Positions 8,589 to 16,768 are shown, counted from the stretch's first letter. The stretch: 32,000 bases of DNA from Ktedonobacterales bacterium (GCA_030167145.1 CP126532.1:3510001-3542000); one strand, 5' to 3'. Numbers and translations are program-made. Notes: generated by a model not told the origin, from the sequence alone.

Positions 8589-9221
8589 CGGGTGACCTCC
8601 GAACCAGAATGAATAGGATCGTCCACGCGTTTGTATTGGCCCATGCAGCCCCCCTTTATCGGGCGACCCGAGAAACTGTCTCGATAGCACACATCGAGTA
8701 GGCCAAGTGAGGCGACTCCTCATCACCCCTTACATGCCCTAATGGGCATGCACACTACACATTAGAACTAGACTCGAAGCGTTTGACACTGGACAATTGC
8801 TCGTTGCTGGGCGCTTGTCCAAGCTTCGTGAGATCTTGTTGACTAGCTCGCGCCAGCCCTATCACATGGCGCACACGCTCTGCTTTGGCACAGAAAGTGC
8901 AATCAATGGTGGTTTCAAGTCTCATGTGCATCACAGCTAAGGTTGCTCAGATGCTACTGCTCAAATGCCTCTTTAGCTTTCTATTAGTCTATGTCGCAAA
9001 GTCTATTACCGTCAAGGTATCTGTGTAGAAGTTGCGAAGAGGCGTGTGCAAGCTGTGATGCATAATGCAGAGCGTGAAGTGAATGAATTGGGAGCAAGTC
9101 TGCCGGCAACGTTCGAGCGGTGCCCAACATGCGCTCTGTGCGCAAGCGCCAAACATTGGTGTCACGCATGCCGACGCGGCGGACAAACGCGAAATTTAGC
9201 GCAGCCAGCGGCCCCCCGCCC

Positions 9222-9251
9222 TTGACGCCCACCCTCGCCACGGCATACCAT
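9222..9251 (+). promoter_or_regulatory. candidate promoter for the serS leader (TTGACG-N18-TACCAT)
   Basis: TTGACG at 9222-9227, an 18-nt spacer, and TACCAT at 9246-9251. Located at the point where G+C rises again after the island. Pattern match only. Confidence 0.3.
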
Positions 9252-9388
9252 ATCCTCGACAACTCCATACCGGCGATTCACGCGGGACCAGTACGCGCGC
9301 GGGGCCACAGCAAGCCGTGGGCTGATGCGACACGGCGCCACCGCCCGCCGAAATCCACCCGCCAGCCATCGCTCGAAGCGCTTCCGAT

Positions 9389-9450
9389 CCCAACCCGCGC
9401 AGGCGGGTTTTGCGGCGGCACGCCATTCAGGCGCGATTTCAACCGCCCGC
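9389..9450 (+). repeat. 61/62-nt structured dispersed element, copy A (inside the serS leader)
   Basis: CCCAACCCGCGcAGGCGGGTTTtGCGGC-N13-GGCGCGaTTTCAAcCGCCCGC. The conserved arms are 45/49 identical to copy B at 16900-16960. It contains the hairpin AACCCGC-GYAG-GCGGGTT. Confidence 0.75.
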
Positions 9451-9566
9451 CAACCCGCCCGCCAGCGCCCAAGAGCCGACGCCCGCCCCACGTTACCGGG
9501 CAATTCGAGGTCGCCGCGCGCCGTTTGCTCCCGCGCCGCGACGAACGAAGGTGGCACCACGGAGCC

Positions 9567-9611
9567 GAGCGCCGTCCGTCCTTTGCGATGGACGGCGCTC
9601 ATCGTCTTTTT
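9567..9611 (+). terminator. intrinsic terminator of the T-box leader
   Basis: GAGCGCCGUCC (9567-9577) pairs perfectly with GGACGGCGCUC (9590-9600), extendable by 3 bp, and is followed by AUCGUCUUUUU. The 5' arm overlaps sequence that can alternatively pair with the T-box (ACGG/CCGU and GAAGG/CCUUU), as expected for an antiterminator/terminator switch. Confidence 0.75.
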
Positions 9612-9641
9612 CACCGTGCCGTGCCGAAAGGAGCACCCCAC

Positions 9642-10925
9642 ATGCTAGACTTAGCGTTCATCCGTGAACACCCAGACCTCATCAAAGACGTGGCCCGTCG
9701 CCGCAACACCGCCGTAGACGTAGACGCGTTGCTCGCCATAGACGCCGACCTGCGCGCCACCCGCCGCAGCGCCGAAGACCTCCGCGCCGAGCAGAACCGC
9801 GTCAACAAAGCCATCCGCGAGGCTGGCAAAGACAAAGCCGCCCGCGAGCAGGCCATCGCCCGTGGCCGCGAACTCGCCGCCGAACTCAAGGAGCTTGAGC
9901 CGCGCGAGCGCGAACTAGACGCCCAACTCCACGATCTCCTGCTCTACGTCCCGAACATCCCCGACGCCTCGGTGCCCGAAGGCGCGGGCGAAGACGACAA
10001 CGTCGAGATCAAGCGCGTCGGCGAGCCTCGTGCCTTCGCCTTCGAGCCGCTGGACCACGTCGCCCTGATGCGCGGCGCCAACATGCTCGACCTTGAGCGC
10101 GGCGTGCGTGTCGCTGGCTCGCGCAGCTACATCCTCAAAGGCGACGCCGTGTTGCTCGAATTGGCGCTGCTCCAGTTCGCCATGAACCGCGTCACCGCCA
10201 GGGGCTTCACCGCCCTCAGCGTCCCCGCTATGGCCAAGGAGTTCTGCTTCATCGGCAACAGCCAGTTCCCGCGCGGGCGCGACCAGACCTACGCCCTGCC
10301 CGAAGACGAACTCTTCCTCGTCGGCACCGCCGAGGTCGCCATCACCGGCATGCACAGCGGCGAAATCCTGCGCGAGCAAGACCTGCCCGTCAAATACGTC
10401 GCCTGGTCGCCCTGCTTCCGCCGCGAGGCTGGCACCTATGGCAAAGACACCAAAGGCATCATGCGCGTGCATCAATTCGAGAAGGTCGAGCAGTACATCA
10501 TCTGCCGCGCCGATCACGAGGAATCGGTGCAGTGGCACGAAGACCTGCTCGCCAATGCCGAAGAACTGGTCCAGGCGTTAGAACTGCCCTACCGCGTCCT
10601 CAACATCTGCACCGGCGACCTGGGCGACGCCAAGGTCAAAGGCTACGACATCGAGTGTTGGATTCCCTCGGAGAACCGCTACCGCGAGACCCACTCGGAT
10701 TCGTACTTCCACGACTACCAGGCCCGCCGCGCCGACCTGCGCTATCGCGGCGTGGATGGCACGGTGCGCTACGTCCACACGCTCAACAACACCGCGCTCG
10801 CCTCGGTCCGCACCATCATCGCTCTCGTCGAGAACCACCAGCAGGCCGACGGCACTATCCGCGTGCCCGACGCCCTGCGCCCGTATCTCGGTGGTCGCGA
10901 CACCCTCGGCGCCCCCTGGCGCTAA
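9642..10925 (+). CDS. serS: seryl-tRNA synthetase
   Basis: Start moved to ATG 9642 (MLDLAFIREHPDLIKDV..., the canonical SerRS N-terminus), with AAAGGAG 8 nt upstream; 427 aa. It has the coiled-coil tRNA-binding arm and class II motifs (FRREAG, GDLG, the TLNNTALA region). The 174 codons upstream in the track ORF are the leader RNA. Confidence 0.95.
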   Translation: MLDLAFIREHPDLIKDVARRRNTAVDVDALLAIDADLRATRRSAEDLRAEQNRVNKAIREAGKDKAAREQAIARGRELAAELKELEPRERELDAQLHDLLLYVPNIPDASVPEGAGEDDNVEIKRVGEPRAFAFEPLDHVALMRGANMLDLERGVRVAGSRSYILKGDAVLLELALLQFAMNRVTARGFTALSVPAMAKEFCFIGNSQFPRGRDQTYALPEDELFLVGTAEVAITGMHSGEILREQDLPVKYVAWSPCFRREAGTYGKDTKGIMRVHQFEKVEQYIICRADHEESVQWHEDLLANAEELVQALELPYRVLNICTGDLGDAKVKGYDIECWIPSENRYRETHSDSYFHDYQARRADLRYRGVDGTVRYVHTLNNTALASVRTIIALVENHQQADGTIRVPDALRPYLGGRDTLGAPWR

Positions 10926-10949
10926 CCCGCCGGTAGGCCCTCTCGTCTC

Positions 10950-10970
10950 CCCTTCCCTAGGAGGGAAGGG
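10950..10970. terminator. hairpin between convergent serS and MBL/Rieske genes (possible bidirectional terminator, no U-tract)
   Basis: CCCTTCCCT (10950-10958) and AGGGAAGGG (10962-10970) form a 9-bp perfect stem with a 3-nt loop, 25 nt after the serS stop. Confidence 0.4.
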
Positions 10971-10975
10971 CAAGC

Positions 10976-11010
10976 GGAGCGTAGCCCCTCCGAGTCGTTC
11001 CGAGGAGGGG
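10976..11010 (+). repeat. solitary copy of the 39-bp hairpin repeat family (see 16616-16768)
   Basis: GGAGCGTAGCCCCTCCGAGTCGTTCCGAGGAGGGG is 31/35 identical to the tandem unit. Two of the four differences (T>C at unit position 16, A>G at position 29) are compensatory within the predicted stem. Confidence 0.75.
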
Positions 11011-11017
11011 CCGGGGG

Positions 11018-12847
11018 TTAGGTCCGCTCCCCATCGCCCTTTGCGCCGCTACTGCTGCGGCTCGGCGGGTTCCACTCGGCGGGACGCTTGCCGGGCCGTG
11101 CGCCCTTGCCATTCGCACCGCTCCCGTTCGCCGTACCCTCTGGCATGAACCAGCAGTGCTTGCAGCGCACGGCTGGCGGCGGCACGTATGCCGGCTGCTC
11201 CGCCGCTGTGATGGCTTCCTCGCCCTCAGCCGCGCCCACCGGCACCGAGTACAGCTTGCGGTCGTCCGAGGTCAGGCAGCGCCCCGTCGCCAACTCAAAG
11301 CGCCAGCCGTGCATCGTGCAGGTCAGGATGCCATCCTCCACCTTGCCGAAGCGCGTCAGGTCAGCCTTCAGATGCGGGCAGCGCCGCTGAATGCGATAGC
11401 CCTCGATCTCGAACAACTGATGTTCCGTCGAACGCTCCGCATAATAGCCCTCGGCGTATTCCAGTCGTTCCGGCGTCAGACACTTGAAGAAGTTGTAGAT
11501 GTATTCGTTATACGCGCCCTTGCGCGTCGCCTCGAAGCGGCACGAGAGGAACAGATCATTGATCCAGTCCTCCACTTGATTGACGATCAGCCACTCGATC
11601 AGCGCCGGATCGAACTTGAAGCGATACTCCCACTCCTGCCCCTCCCAGGCATACACACTGCGATTCTGGAAGTCAATCACCAGGCTCGGCTCCGGGTCCA
11701 ACTCCATCAACAGCCGCCCGTTCACCCCCACGCATGTCAGATCGCCGATGGCCAGCAGCGGCTCGAACCACGCCTTCAGCGCCGGGAGAATCTCCACCTG
11801 CCCGCGCGGCCACGACGCCTTCTCCGCATCAATCACCTGCTGCTGCCGCGCTTTGTAAGCGTTCAGATACGCACGCTTCTCCGTGAAGATTGCCCGCACC
11901 TCATCCTCAGGCTGCGCGTGCCGCACCGCGCACCTGTCCTTGCCCAGCGTCATCACGCTGCCCGGAATCATCAGATGCCCATTGCTCAGCCCATGCTCAG
12001 CCATGTATTCCAGAAAGACCGTCTGGTCCGGGAACGTATTCGTTGGGTCGCGGTCAATATCGTTGAACGCGAACAAATCATCGTCGAGGAAGCACGGCGG
12101 CCCCGCATGCGGAATCACCTGTGTCGCGCCGATCTGCTGGATGTAGTTCACCGCCCGCGCCATCTCGTTCTGCCGCTTGCGGCTGCCCAGTGTGCGCATC
12201 ATCGGCTCAGGATACTGATACACCATCGGATACCAGATCGCCCCCGAATACTGTACGAAATGCGCATCATACGGCCCAAGCGCCTGCAACGTATCCATAT
12301 CCACCGGCCGCGAGTCGTTCTGGTCGTAGATGCGCACCTCGCCGTCATCCACGATCAGCCCGGAATCCCCCAGCGGTCCATCCGTCGGCGCGACCGATGC
12401 CAGAATCGCGATCTTCAGCCCATCCACCTCGATTTGCTGCCCATTCTTGGTATAGATGAACTTGGTAAAGCCCAGGTCGCGCAGCGCCAGTTCCAGATTG
12501 TTGATCGGGAACTCTGGCAGCAGCACCGTCGCGTCCTTCCACACGTGGTCGCGCAGGAATGCTGGGTCGAAGTGGTCGTGATGGATGTGCGAGACGAAGA
12601 GATAATCAGGCCGTCCAATCTTCTCTTTGTCCACATCCTCATTGCTCGGAAAGGGAAACCACGAGGCGAAATAAGCGGGGTTGAACCACGGGTCGCAGAG
12701 GATGCTTCCATGGCGTGTCTCGATATACAGGCCAGCATGGCCGACGAACGTGATCTCCACTCGGCAGTTCCCTTTTCGCTGTAGGATGGATACGGCTCTG
12801 CCACCCATCTTACACCGGAGCGCGCCGAAATCCCAACCCTCCCCCAC
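11018..12847 (-). CDS. MBL-fold metallo-hydrolase fused to a C-terminal Rieske [2Fe-2S] domain
   Basis: N-terminal ITFVGHAGLYIETRHGSILCDPWF ... VSHIHHDHFD (HxHxDH metallo-beta-lactamase motif). C-terminal RRCPHLKADL ... TCTMHGWRF (CxH...CxxH Rieske ligands). The start is uncertain: ATG 12847, ATG 12808, or GTG 12760, which gives the homologue-like VEITFVGH N-terminus. Confidence 0.85.
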   Translation of the reverse strand: MGEGWDFGALRCKMGGRAVSILQRKGNCRVEITFVGHAGLYIETRHGSILCDPWFNPAYFASWFPFPSNEDVDKEKIGRPDYLFVSHIHHDHFDPAFLRDHVWKDATVLLPEFPINNLELALRDLGFTKFIYTKNGQQIEVDGLKIAILASVAPTDGPLGDSGLIVDDGEVRIYDQNDSRPVDMDTLQALGPYDAHFVQYSGAIWYPMVYQYPEPMMRTLGSRKRQNEMARAVNYIQQIGATQVIPHAGPPCFLDDDLFAFNDIDRDPTNTFPDQTVFLEYMAEHGLSNGHLMIPGSVMTLGKDRCAVRHAQPEDEVRAIFTEKRAYLNAYKARQQQVIDAEKASWPRGQVEILPALKAWFEPLLAIGDLTCVGVNGRLLMELDPEPSLVIDFQNRSVYAWEGQEWEYRFKFDPALIEWLIVNQVEDWINDLFLSCRFEATRKGAYNEYIYNFFKCLTPERLEYAEGYYAERSTEHQLFEIEGYRIQRRCPHLKADLTRFGKVEDGILTCTMHGWRFELATGRCLTSDDRKLYSVPVGAAEGEEAITAAEQPAYVPPPAVRCKHCWFMPEGTANGSGANGKGARPGKRPAEWNPPSRSSSGAKGDGERT

Positions 12848-12868
12848 CTCAAGGCAATCACAACCGCA

Positions 12869-14188
12869 TCACACCAGCGCCGCCGTTTCGCTTTCACCCT
12901 GCGCCGCATGCGCTCCCCTTGGCATCGCGCGGATGCGCGGCAGTGGCGTCGCCGCCAGCGTAATCGCCAGTATCACCAGATAGCCCACCGCCGCCACCCA
13001 CAACGTCGCTCGCAGGCCAATCAGCACACCCAGCGCCCCCGCCAGCAGCGGACCCAGCGCGCCAAGCCCGAACGAAACCAACCGCAGACTGGCGGTCACC
13101 CGGCTCAATGTGTGCAGTGGCGTGATGGACTGCACCAGGCTGAGCGTCAACACGCGCCACAACCCCAACCCCACCCGCACCAGAAAATACGCCAGCATGA
13201 ACCCGGCGATTTCCACACCCTGCGCCCCCCGCACCGCTGGCAACAGCAGCCACGGCACACACCCGAAGGTAAAGGCGATGCCCAGCACTGGCCCAAACGT
13301 GCCGCGCCGACCCAGCCATGTCGAGATCGTCGCGCCGATCAGCCCGCCAACCGCCCCCACCGCGAATATAGCCCCCAGCGTCTCCGGTTGTATCCGTAGC
13401 TCGCGCACCGCATACAGCAGAAACGTCGTATCCGCAATGCCAAACAGTAGATTCCACAGCCCACTCATCACCATCATCGCGCGCAGATAGCTGTCGTACC
13501 ACACCATCTGCAGCCCTTCACCGATCTGGCGCAGCAGCGGCGTTCCCGCGCTCACCTGTGGCGCTGGCTCAGGCGCGCGAATCAACAACAGCGTGATTGC
13601 CGCCACCACATACGAAAACGCATCGGCCAGCAACGCCAGTGGTGCGCTCAGCGCCTGCACCAGCAAACCACCGATTCCGGGGCCAGCCACTTCGGCGGCC
13701 GTGGCGCTGGTGGCGACCCTGCCATTCGCCTCCACCAGTTCATCCGGCTTGATGAGCGTTGGCACATACGCCAGCCAGGTCACATCGAAAAGTACCGTGA
13801 ACACGCCCATGCCAAAGGCAATCGCCATCAGCAATGGTAGCCGGAGCACCCCCAGCAGCGCTAGCAGCGGCGCCAGTCCAATCAACAGCGCGCGGGCGAT
13901 ATTCGTCAGAATCAACACCGGCTTGCGCCGCCTGCGGTCCGCCCACGCCCCAAAGATCAGCGTGAAGAGCACATACGGAAAGACCGCGAAGAACCGCACC
14001 AATCCCAGTTGCGTCGCCGACGCATGCAAGCTGAGCACCGCCACCAGCGGCAGCGCCAGCACCGTTACCTGCGTGCCAAACATCGAGACTGTCTCGCCGA
14101 ACCAGAACCGCATGAACGAGGGATTACGCCAGAGCTTTTCCACTGTTCGCGGATGCGACACCATCGCCATCACAACACCCTGCCTCAC
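12869..14188 (-). CDS. MFS transporter
   Basis: 439-aa ORF with about 12 TM helices. MFS-like N-terminus (WRNPSFMRFWFGETVSMFGTQVTVLALPLVAVL) and a loop motif (GAWADRRRRKP). Divergent from the HTH-WYL regulator. Confidence 0.85.
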   Translation of the reverse strand: MRQGVVMAMVSHPRTVEKLWRNPSFMRFWFGETVSMFGTQVTVLALPLVAVLSLHASATQLGLVRFFAVFPYVLFTLIFGAWADRRRRKPVLILTNIARALLIGLAPLLALLGVLRLPLLMAIAFGMGVFTVLFDVTWLAYVPTLIKPDELVEANGRVATSATAAEVAGPGIGGLLVQALSAPLALLADAFSYVVAAITLLLIRAPEPAPQVSAGTPLLRQIGEGLQMVWYDSYLRAMMVMSGLWNLLFGIADTTFLLYAVRELRIQPETLGAIFAVGAVGGLIGATISTWLGRRGTFGPVLGIAFTFGCVPWLLLPAVRGAQGVEIAGFMLAYFLVRVGLGLWRVLTLSLVQSITPLHTLSRVTASLRLVSFGLGALGPLLAGALGVLIGLRATLWVAAVGYLVILAITLAATPLPRIRAMPRGAHAAQGESETAALV

Positions 14189-14376
14189 TAACCAGACACC
14201 CGTTCTTCACTGCCTCTCAGCGCCATGCGCCTGGTTGCAAAGCAGGCGGACGATATATGTCATATTTGCGGCTGGCAAAGTCACGTGAAGAACCCTACAA
14301 TTAGGAGGATACATAGGATAATCTGCCGCCTGTGTGTCATATTATTTCGGTAATCATCAAAGGCGTGCTATAGACG

Positions 14377-15399
14377 ATGAAAGAGCTAGATCGCATCCTT
14401 GGCATCCTGCTGATCCTGCAAAGCCAGCGCATGTCGTCCGCGAAACACCTGGCGAAGCGTTTCGGCGTCTCCACACGCACCATCTACCGCGACATACAAA
14501 CCATGAGCCTGCTCGGCATACCTCTCTACACCGAGCGCGGGCGCACCGGCGGTATCCGCCTGCTCGAAGGCTATTTCCTGCCGCCGCTCATGTTCACCCG
14601 CGAAGAAGCCATCGCGCTCTTGCTGGGGCTGCTCGTCTTGCGCAGCCTGCGCGCCGCGCCCTTCCCCGAAGAAATCGACACCGCCACGCATAAATTGCTC
14701 GCCGCCGTCCCCGAACATCTCCGCCTGATGCTCGCCCGCCTCGACACCATCATCGGCGTAGAGCGCCACCACCCCGACATCTTTCACCCCGAACCCGACG
14801 AACCGACTCCACCCCGTAGCCAGCGCAACGAAAGCGCCATCATCACGCGATTTCTACAAGCCGTACTCGACCACAAAACGCTTCGGATGCAGTATCAATC
14901 TCCCTATCGCGCGACCGCAACCACCACCCTGGCCCGTCCCCTCGGCCTCTTCTGGGACCGCGACCGCTGGTATTTCGTCAGCGACCATCCAGATCACCCC
15001 GCCACATCCCAGACTTGGCGCGCCGACCGCGTCTCCGACCTGACCGCCACCAGCCAGGCGCAACCAGAGGAAGCCGCCGGAGATACCAGCTTCGATGTCG
15101 GCGCATTATTGGGCCACGCCTGGCTCAAGTCCGCCATGGATCTCTGGCGCGAGCGTGCCCCCGTCCGCCTGCGCATCACCGCTGAGCAGGCGCACCAATT
15201 GCAACAAGACTGGTATTATCGCTTCGCACACTATGAGGCCGGGTCCGATACCAGCATCATCATGACCTTTGGCGAAGGCGATCCTCATGCCGTTCTGCCG
15301 CTCCTGCGCTGGCTGGGGCCGGGCGCAACCTTGCTCTCTCCCGAACCCTGGCGCCCCATCCTGCGCGCGCAACTCGAAGACATGCTCCGCGCCCTCTAA
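14377..15399 (+). CDS. HTH-WYL domain transcriptional regulator (YafY-like)
   Basis: 340-aa ORF. N-terminal DeoR/HTH_11-like wHTH (SAKHLAKRFGVSTRTIYRDIQTMSLLGIPL) and a central WYL domain (FWDRDRWYFVSD). Confidence 0.85.
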   Translation: MKELDRILGILLILQSQRMSSAKHLAKRFGVSTRTIYRDIQTMSLLGIPLYTERGRTGGIRLLEGYFLPPLMFTREEAIALLLGLLVLRSLRAAPFPEEIDTATHKLLAAVPEHLRLMLARLDTIIGVERHHPDIFHPEPDEPTPPRSQRNESAIITRFLQAVLDHKTLRMQYQSPYRATATTTLARPLGLFWDRDRWYFVSDHPDHPATSQTWRADRVSDLTATSQAQPEEAAGDTSFDVGALLGHAWLKSAMDLWRERAPVRLRITAEQAHQLQQDWYYRFAHYEAGSDTSIIMTFGEGDPHAVLPLLRWLGPGATLLSPEPWRPILRAQLEDMLRAL

Positions 15400-15406
15400 C
15401 ACCCCC

Positions 15407-15937
15407 TCACTTCAGCGCAAACCCCAGCACTGTAATCCCCAGCGACAGCAGCGCCATCGCCAGCCCGCCTATTGCCATGCCGATGCCCGCCTTCTCTGGC
15501 AGCCGCGACGCCACCACCATCGCGCGAATGCTCATATAGATAGCGTACACCGCCAGAACGCCCGTCAGATAAAACCCGACGAATAGACCGACGATATTCA
15601 CGCCCAGCGACAACGCCCCATAGATCAGTGCCCTCACCGCCGCCGTATTTTTCGCCTGCACCGGTTTCGGCTGCACGTATGCTTGATGCGGATTCGGCGG
15701 CATTCCCGGCTGACCATACGGCGCATACGGCTGTTGTGGAAATCCAGCCTGCGGCGGATACCCTGGCTGTGGTGGATACATTGGCTGGGATGGATACGCC
15801 GCTTGTGGCGGATACCCCTGTTGCTGAGGATAGCCGCCCTGCGGTGGATACTGCGGATACCCCTGTTGCTGAGGATACTGCTGATATGGTGGCGCACCTG
15901 ACGGTGGATACTGGTCGGCATTCGATGGATACGTCAC
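15407..15937 (-). CDS. membrane protein with P/Q/Y/G-rich N-terminal repeats and DUF4190-like C-terminal TM domain
   Basis: 176-aa ORF with a GTG start and GGAGAGG upstream. About 80 aa of GYPQQQGYP-type repeats are followed by two or three TM helices (ALIYGALSLGVNIVGLFVGFYLTGVLAVYAIYM). Confidence 0.75.
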   Translation of the reverse strand: MTYPSNADQYPPSGAPPYQQYPQQQGYPQYPPQGGYPQQQGYPPQAAYPSQPMYPPQPGYPPQAGFPQQPYAPYGQPGMPPNPHQAYVQPKPVQAKNTAAVRALIYGALSLGVNIVGLFVGFYLTGVLAVYAIYMSIRAMVVASRLPEKAGIGMAIGGLAMALLSLGITVLGFALK

Positions 15938-16298
15938 GGCCTCGCCTCTCCCTCTCGACGTTCTCTTCTCTCGTCACTTTCACACCCACAACGATGAGCT
16001 TCACGATGGATTCGCCCTGTAGAGGCATCCAGTAAACGCCCCGCGCGCTGGCTGTAGTATATCTGTCCCGTCAATCCCCTCTGCTCCCTATATACTTGCT
16101 TTGCCTGCTCTGGCCAGATGCCGTCACATCTCGCCATCTCTCGCCACTTCACCCCAGCACTTCACGCGCTTGCCATCGTTCGGCGTCTTCTTTCCTTGCC
16201 AGAGTAGAAAATGTGTTCTATAGTTCAGGGCGCGAGGGTGCCAGCGGCACAGGAACAACACAGGTGGAGTAGGGGAATTGGTGAGGAAAGAACACACT

Positions 16299-16568
16299 AT
16301 GCACGGCGAACATGAACAACAGCACAACACTCAAAACAGCACACAACAGACCGCGCCAGATGACGCCGAGACAGCCCAACTCCAGGGCACGCTCTGCTTC
16401 GACAGCAAGCGCATAGTAGTACAAGGCCGCGCCCTCGAACTGATGCTCTGGATCGCGCGCCACCAACGCAACCTCAACGCCGTCGCCTCGCAGTGTGGTC
16501 AGCTCTGGATGACCTGGAAAGGCCACACCGGCGACTCCATCAGCGGCAACATCCAAACTCCGCTGTAA
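16299..16568 (+). CDS. small hypothetical protein upstream of the terminase locus
   Basis: Start taken at ATG 16299 (GAGGAAAG about 9 nt upstream), 89 aa. GC3 is clearly higher in this frame than in the overlapping minus-strand ORF 16218..16580. Q/H/N-rich N-terminus; no recognised domain. Confidence 0.5.
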   Translation: MHGEHEQQHNTQNSTQQTAPDDAETAQLQGTLCFDSKRIVVQGRALELMLWIARHQRNLNAVASQCGQLWMTWKGHTGDSISGNIQTPL

Positions 16569-16591
16569 TCTTACTGCCATCCGTCGTCATC

Positions 16592-16612
16592 CGTAGGGGC
16601 GTCCGGCGGACG
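16592..16612 (+). repeat. palindromic 21-mer CGTAGGGGCGTCCGGCGGACG (REP-like); inverted copy at 28535-28555
   Basis: The exact 21-mer occurs here and as its reverse complement at 28535-28555. It contains the dyad CGTCCG-G-CGGACG. Confidence 0.8.
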
Positions 16613-16615
16613 AGC

Positions 16616-16768
16616 GGAGCGCAGCCCCTCTGAGCCGTTCCGAAGAGGGCAAGGGGAGCGCAGCCCCTCTGAGCCGTTCCGAAGAGGGCAAGGGGAGCGC
16701 AGCCCCTCTGAGCCGTTCCGAAGAGGGCAAGGGGAGCGCAGCCCCTCTGAGCCGTTCCGAAGAGGGGT
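16616..16768 (+). repeat. tandem repeat, 39-bp unit x about 4 (GGAGCGCAGCCCCTCTGAGCCGTTCCGAAGAGGGCAAGG)
   Basis: Unit starts at 16616, 16655, 16694 and 16733 (period exactly 39). The first three copies are identical and the fourth is truncated at about 16767. Each unit contains a CCCCTCT/AGAGGGG stem with a 12-nt loop. There are no spacers, so it is not a CRISPR array. Confidence 0.9.

Larger units (their letters stand above)
9282..9611 (+). promoter_or_regulatory. T-box leader (tRNA-Ser-responsive transcription attenuator) of serS; 3' core firm, 5' boundary tentative
   Basis: GAAGGUGGCACCACGG at 9547-9562 matches the T-box core GGUGGNACCRCG, and is followed immediately by a strong intrinsic terminator. 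The UGGC bulge would pair with a GCCA 3' end, and bacterial tRNA-Ser has G73. Tentative Stem I: GCGGG 9282-9286 pairs with CCCGC 9358-9362; AGUA at 9290-9293; a possible specifier UCC (Ser) followed by A at 9354-9357. Confidence 0.6.

Noticed and set aside
8589-8726. 46-codon N-terminal extension of the 190-aa island protein
   Set aside because: The internal ATG 8588 has a perfect GGAGG-N7 spacing. The extension lacks an RBS and looks like untranslated leader.
8755-8931. 58-aa minus-strand small ORF (MHMRLETTIDCTFCAKAERVRHVIGLARASQQ...) in the island's upstream non-coding stretch
   Set aside because: No RBS, no recognisable motif, and below any length at which composition is informative. Kept only as a note. 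It could be real if conserved in relatives.
9120-9641. 174-codon N-terminal extension of serS in the ORF track
   Set aside because: The canonical SerRS N-terminus (MLDLAFIREHP) with AAAGGAG begins at 9642. The upstream part is R/P-rich and contains the T-box, its terminator and a dispersed repeat.
11156-12784. 542-aa + strand ORF
   Set aside because: Entirely antisense to the MBL/Rieske gene. Its composition is dominated by R, L, P, H and Q, with no motifs. A high-G+C shadow ORF.
16616-16768. Possible CRISPR array (regular direct repeats)
   Set aside because: The 39-bp units abut one another with no spacers, and there are no cas genes. This is a tandem repeat, not a CRISPR array.
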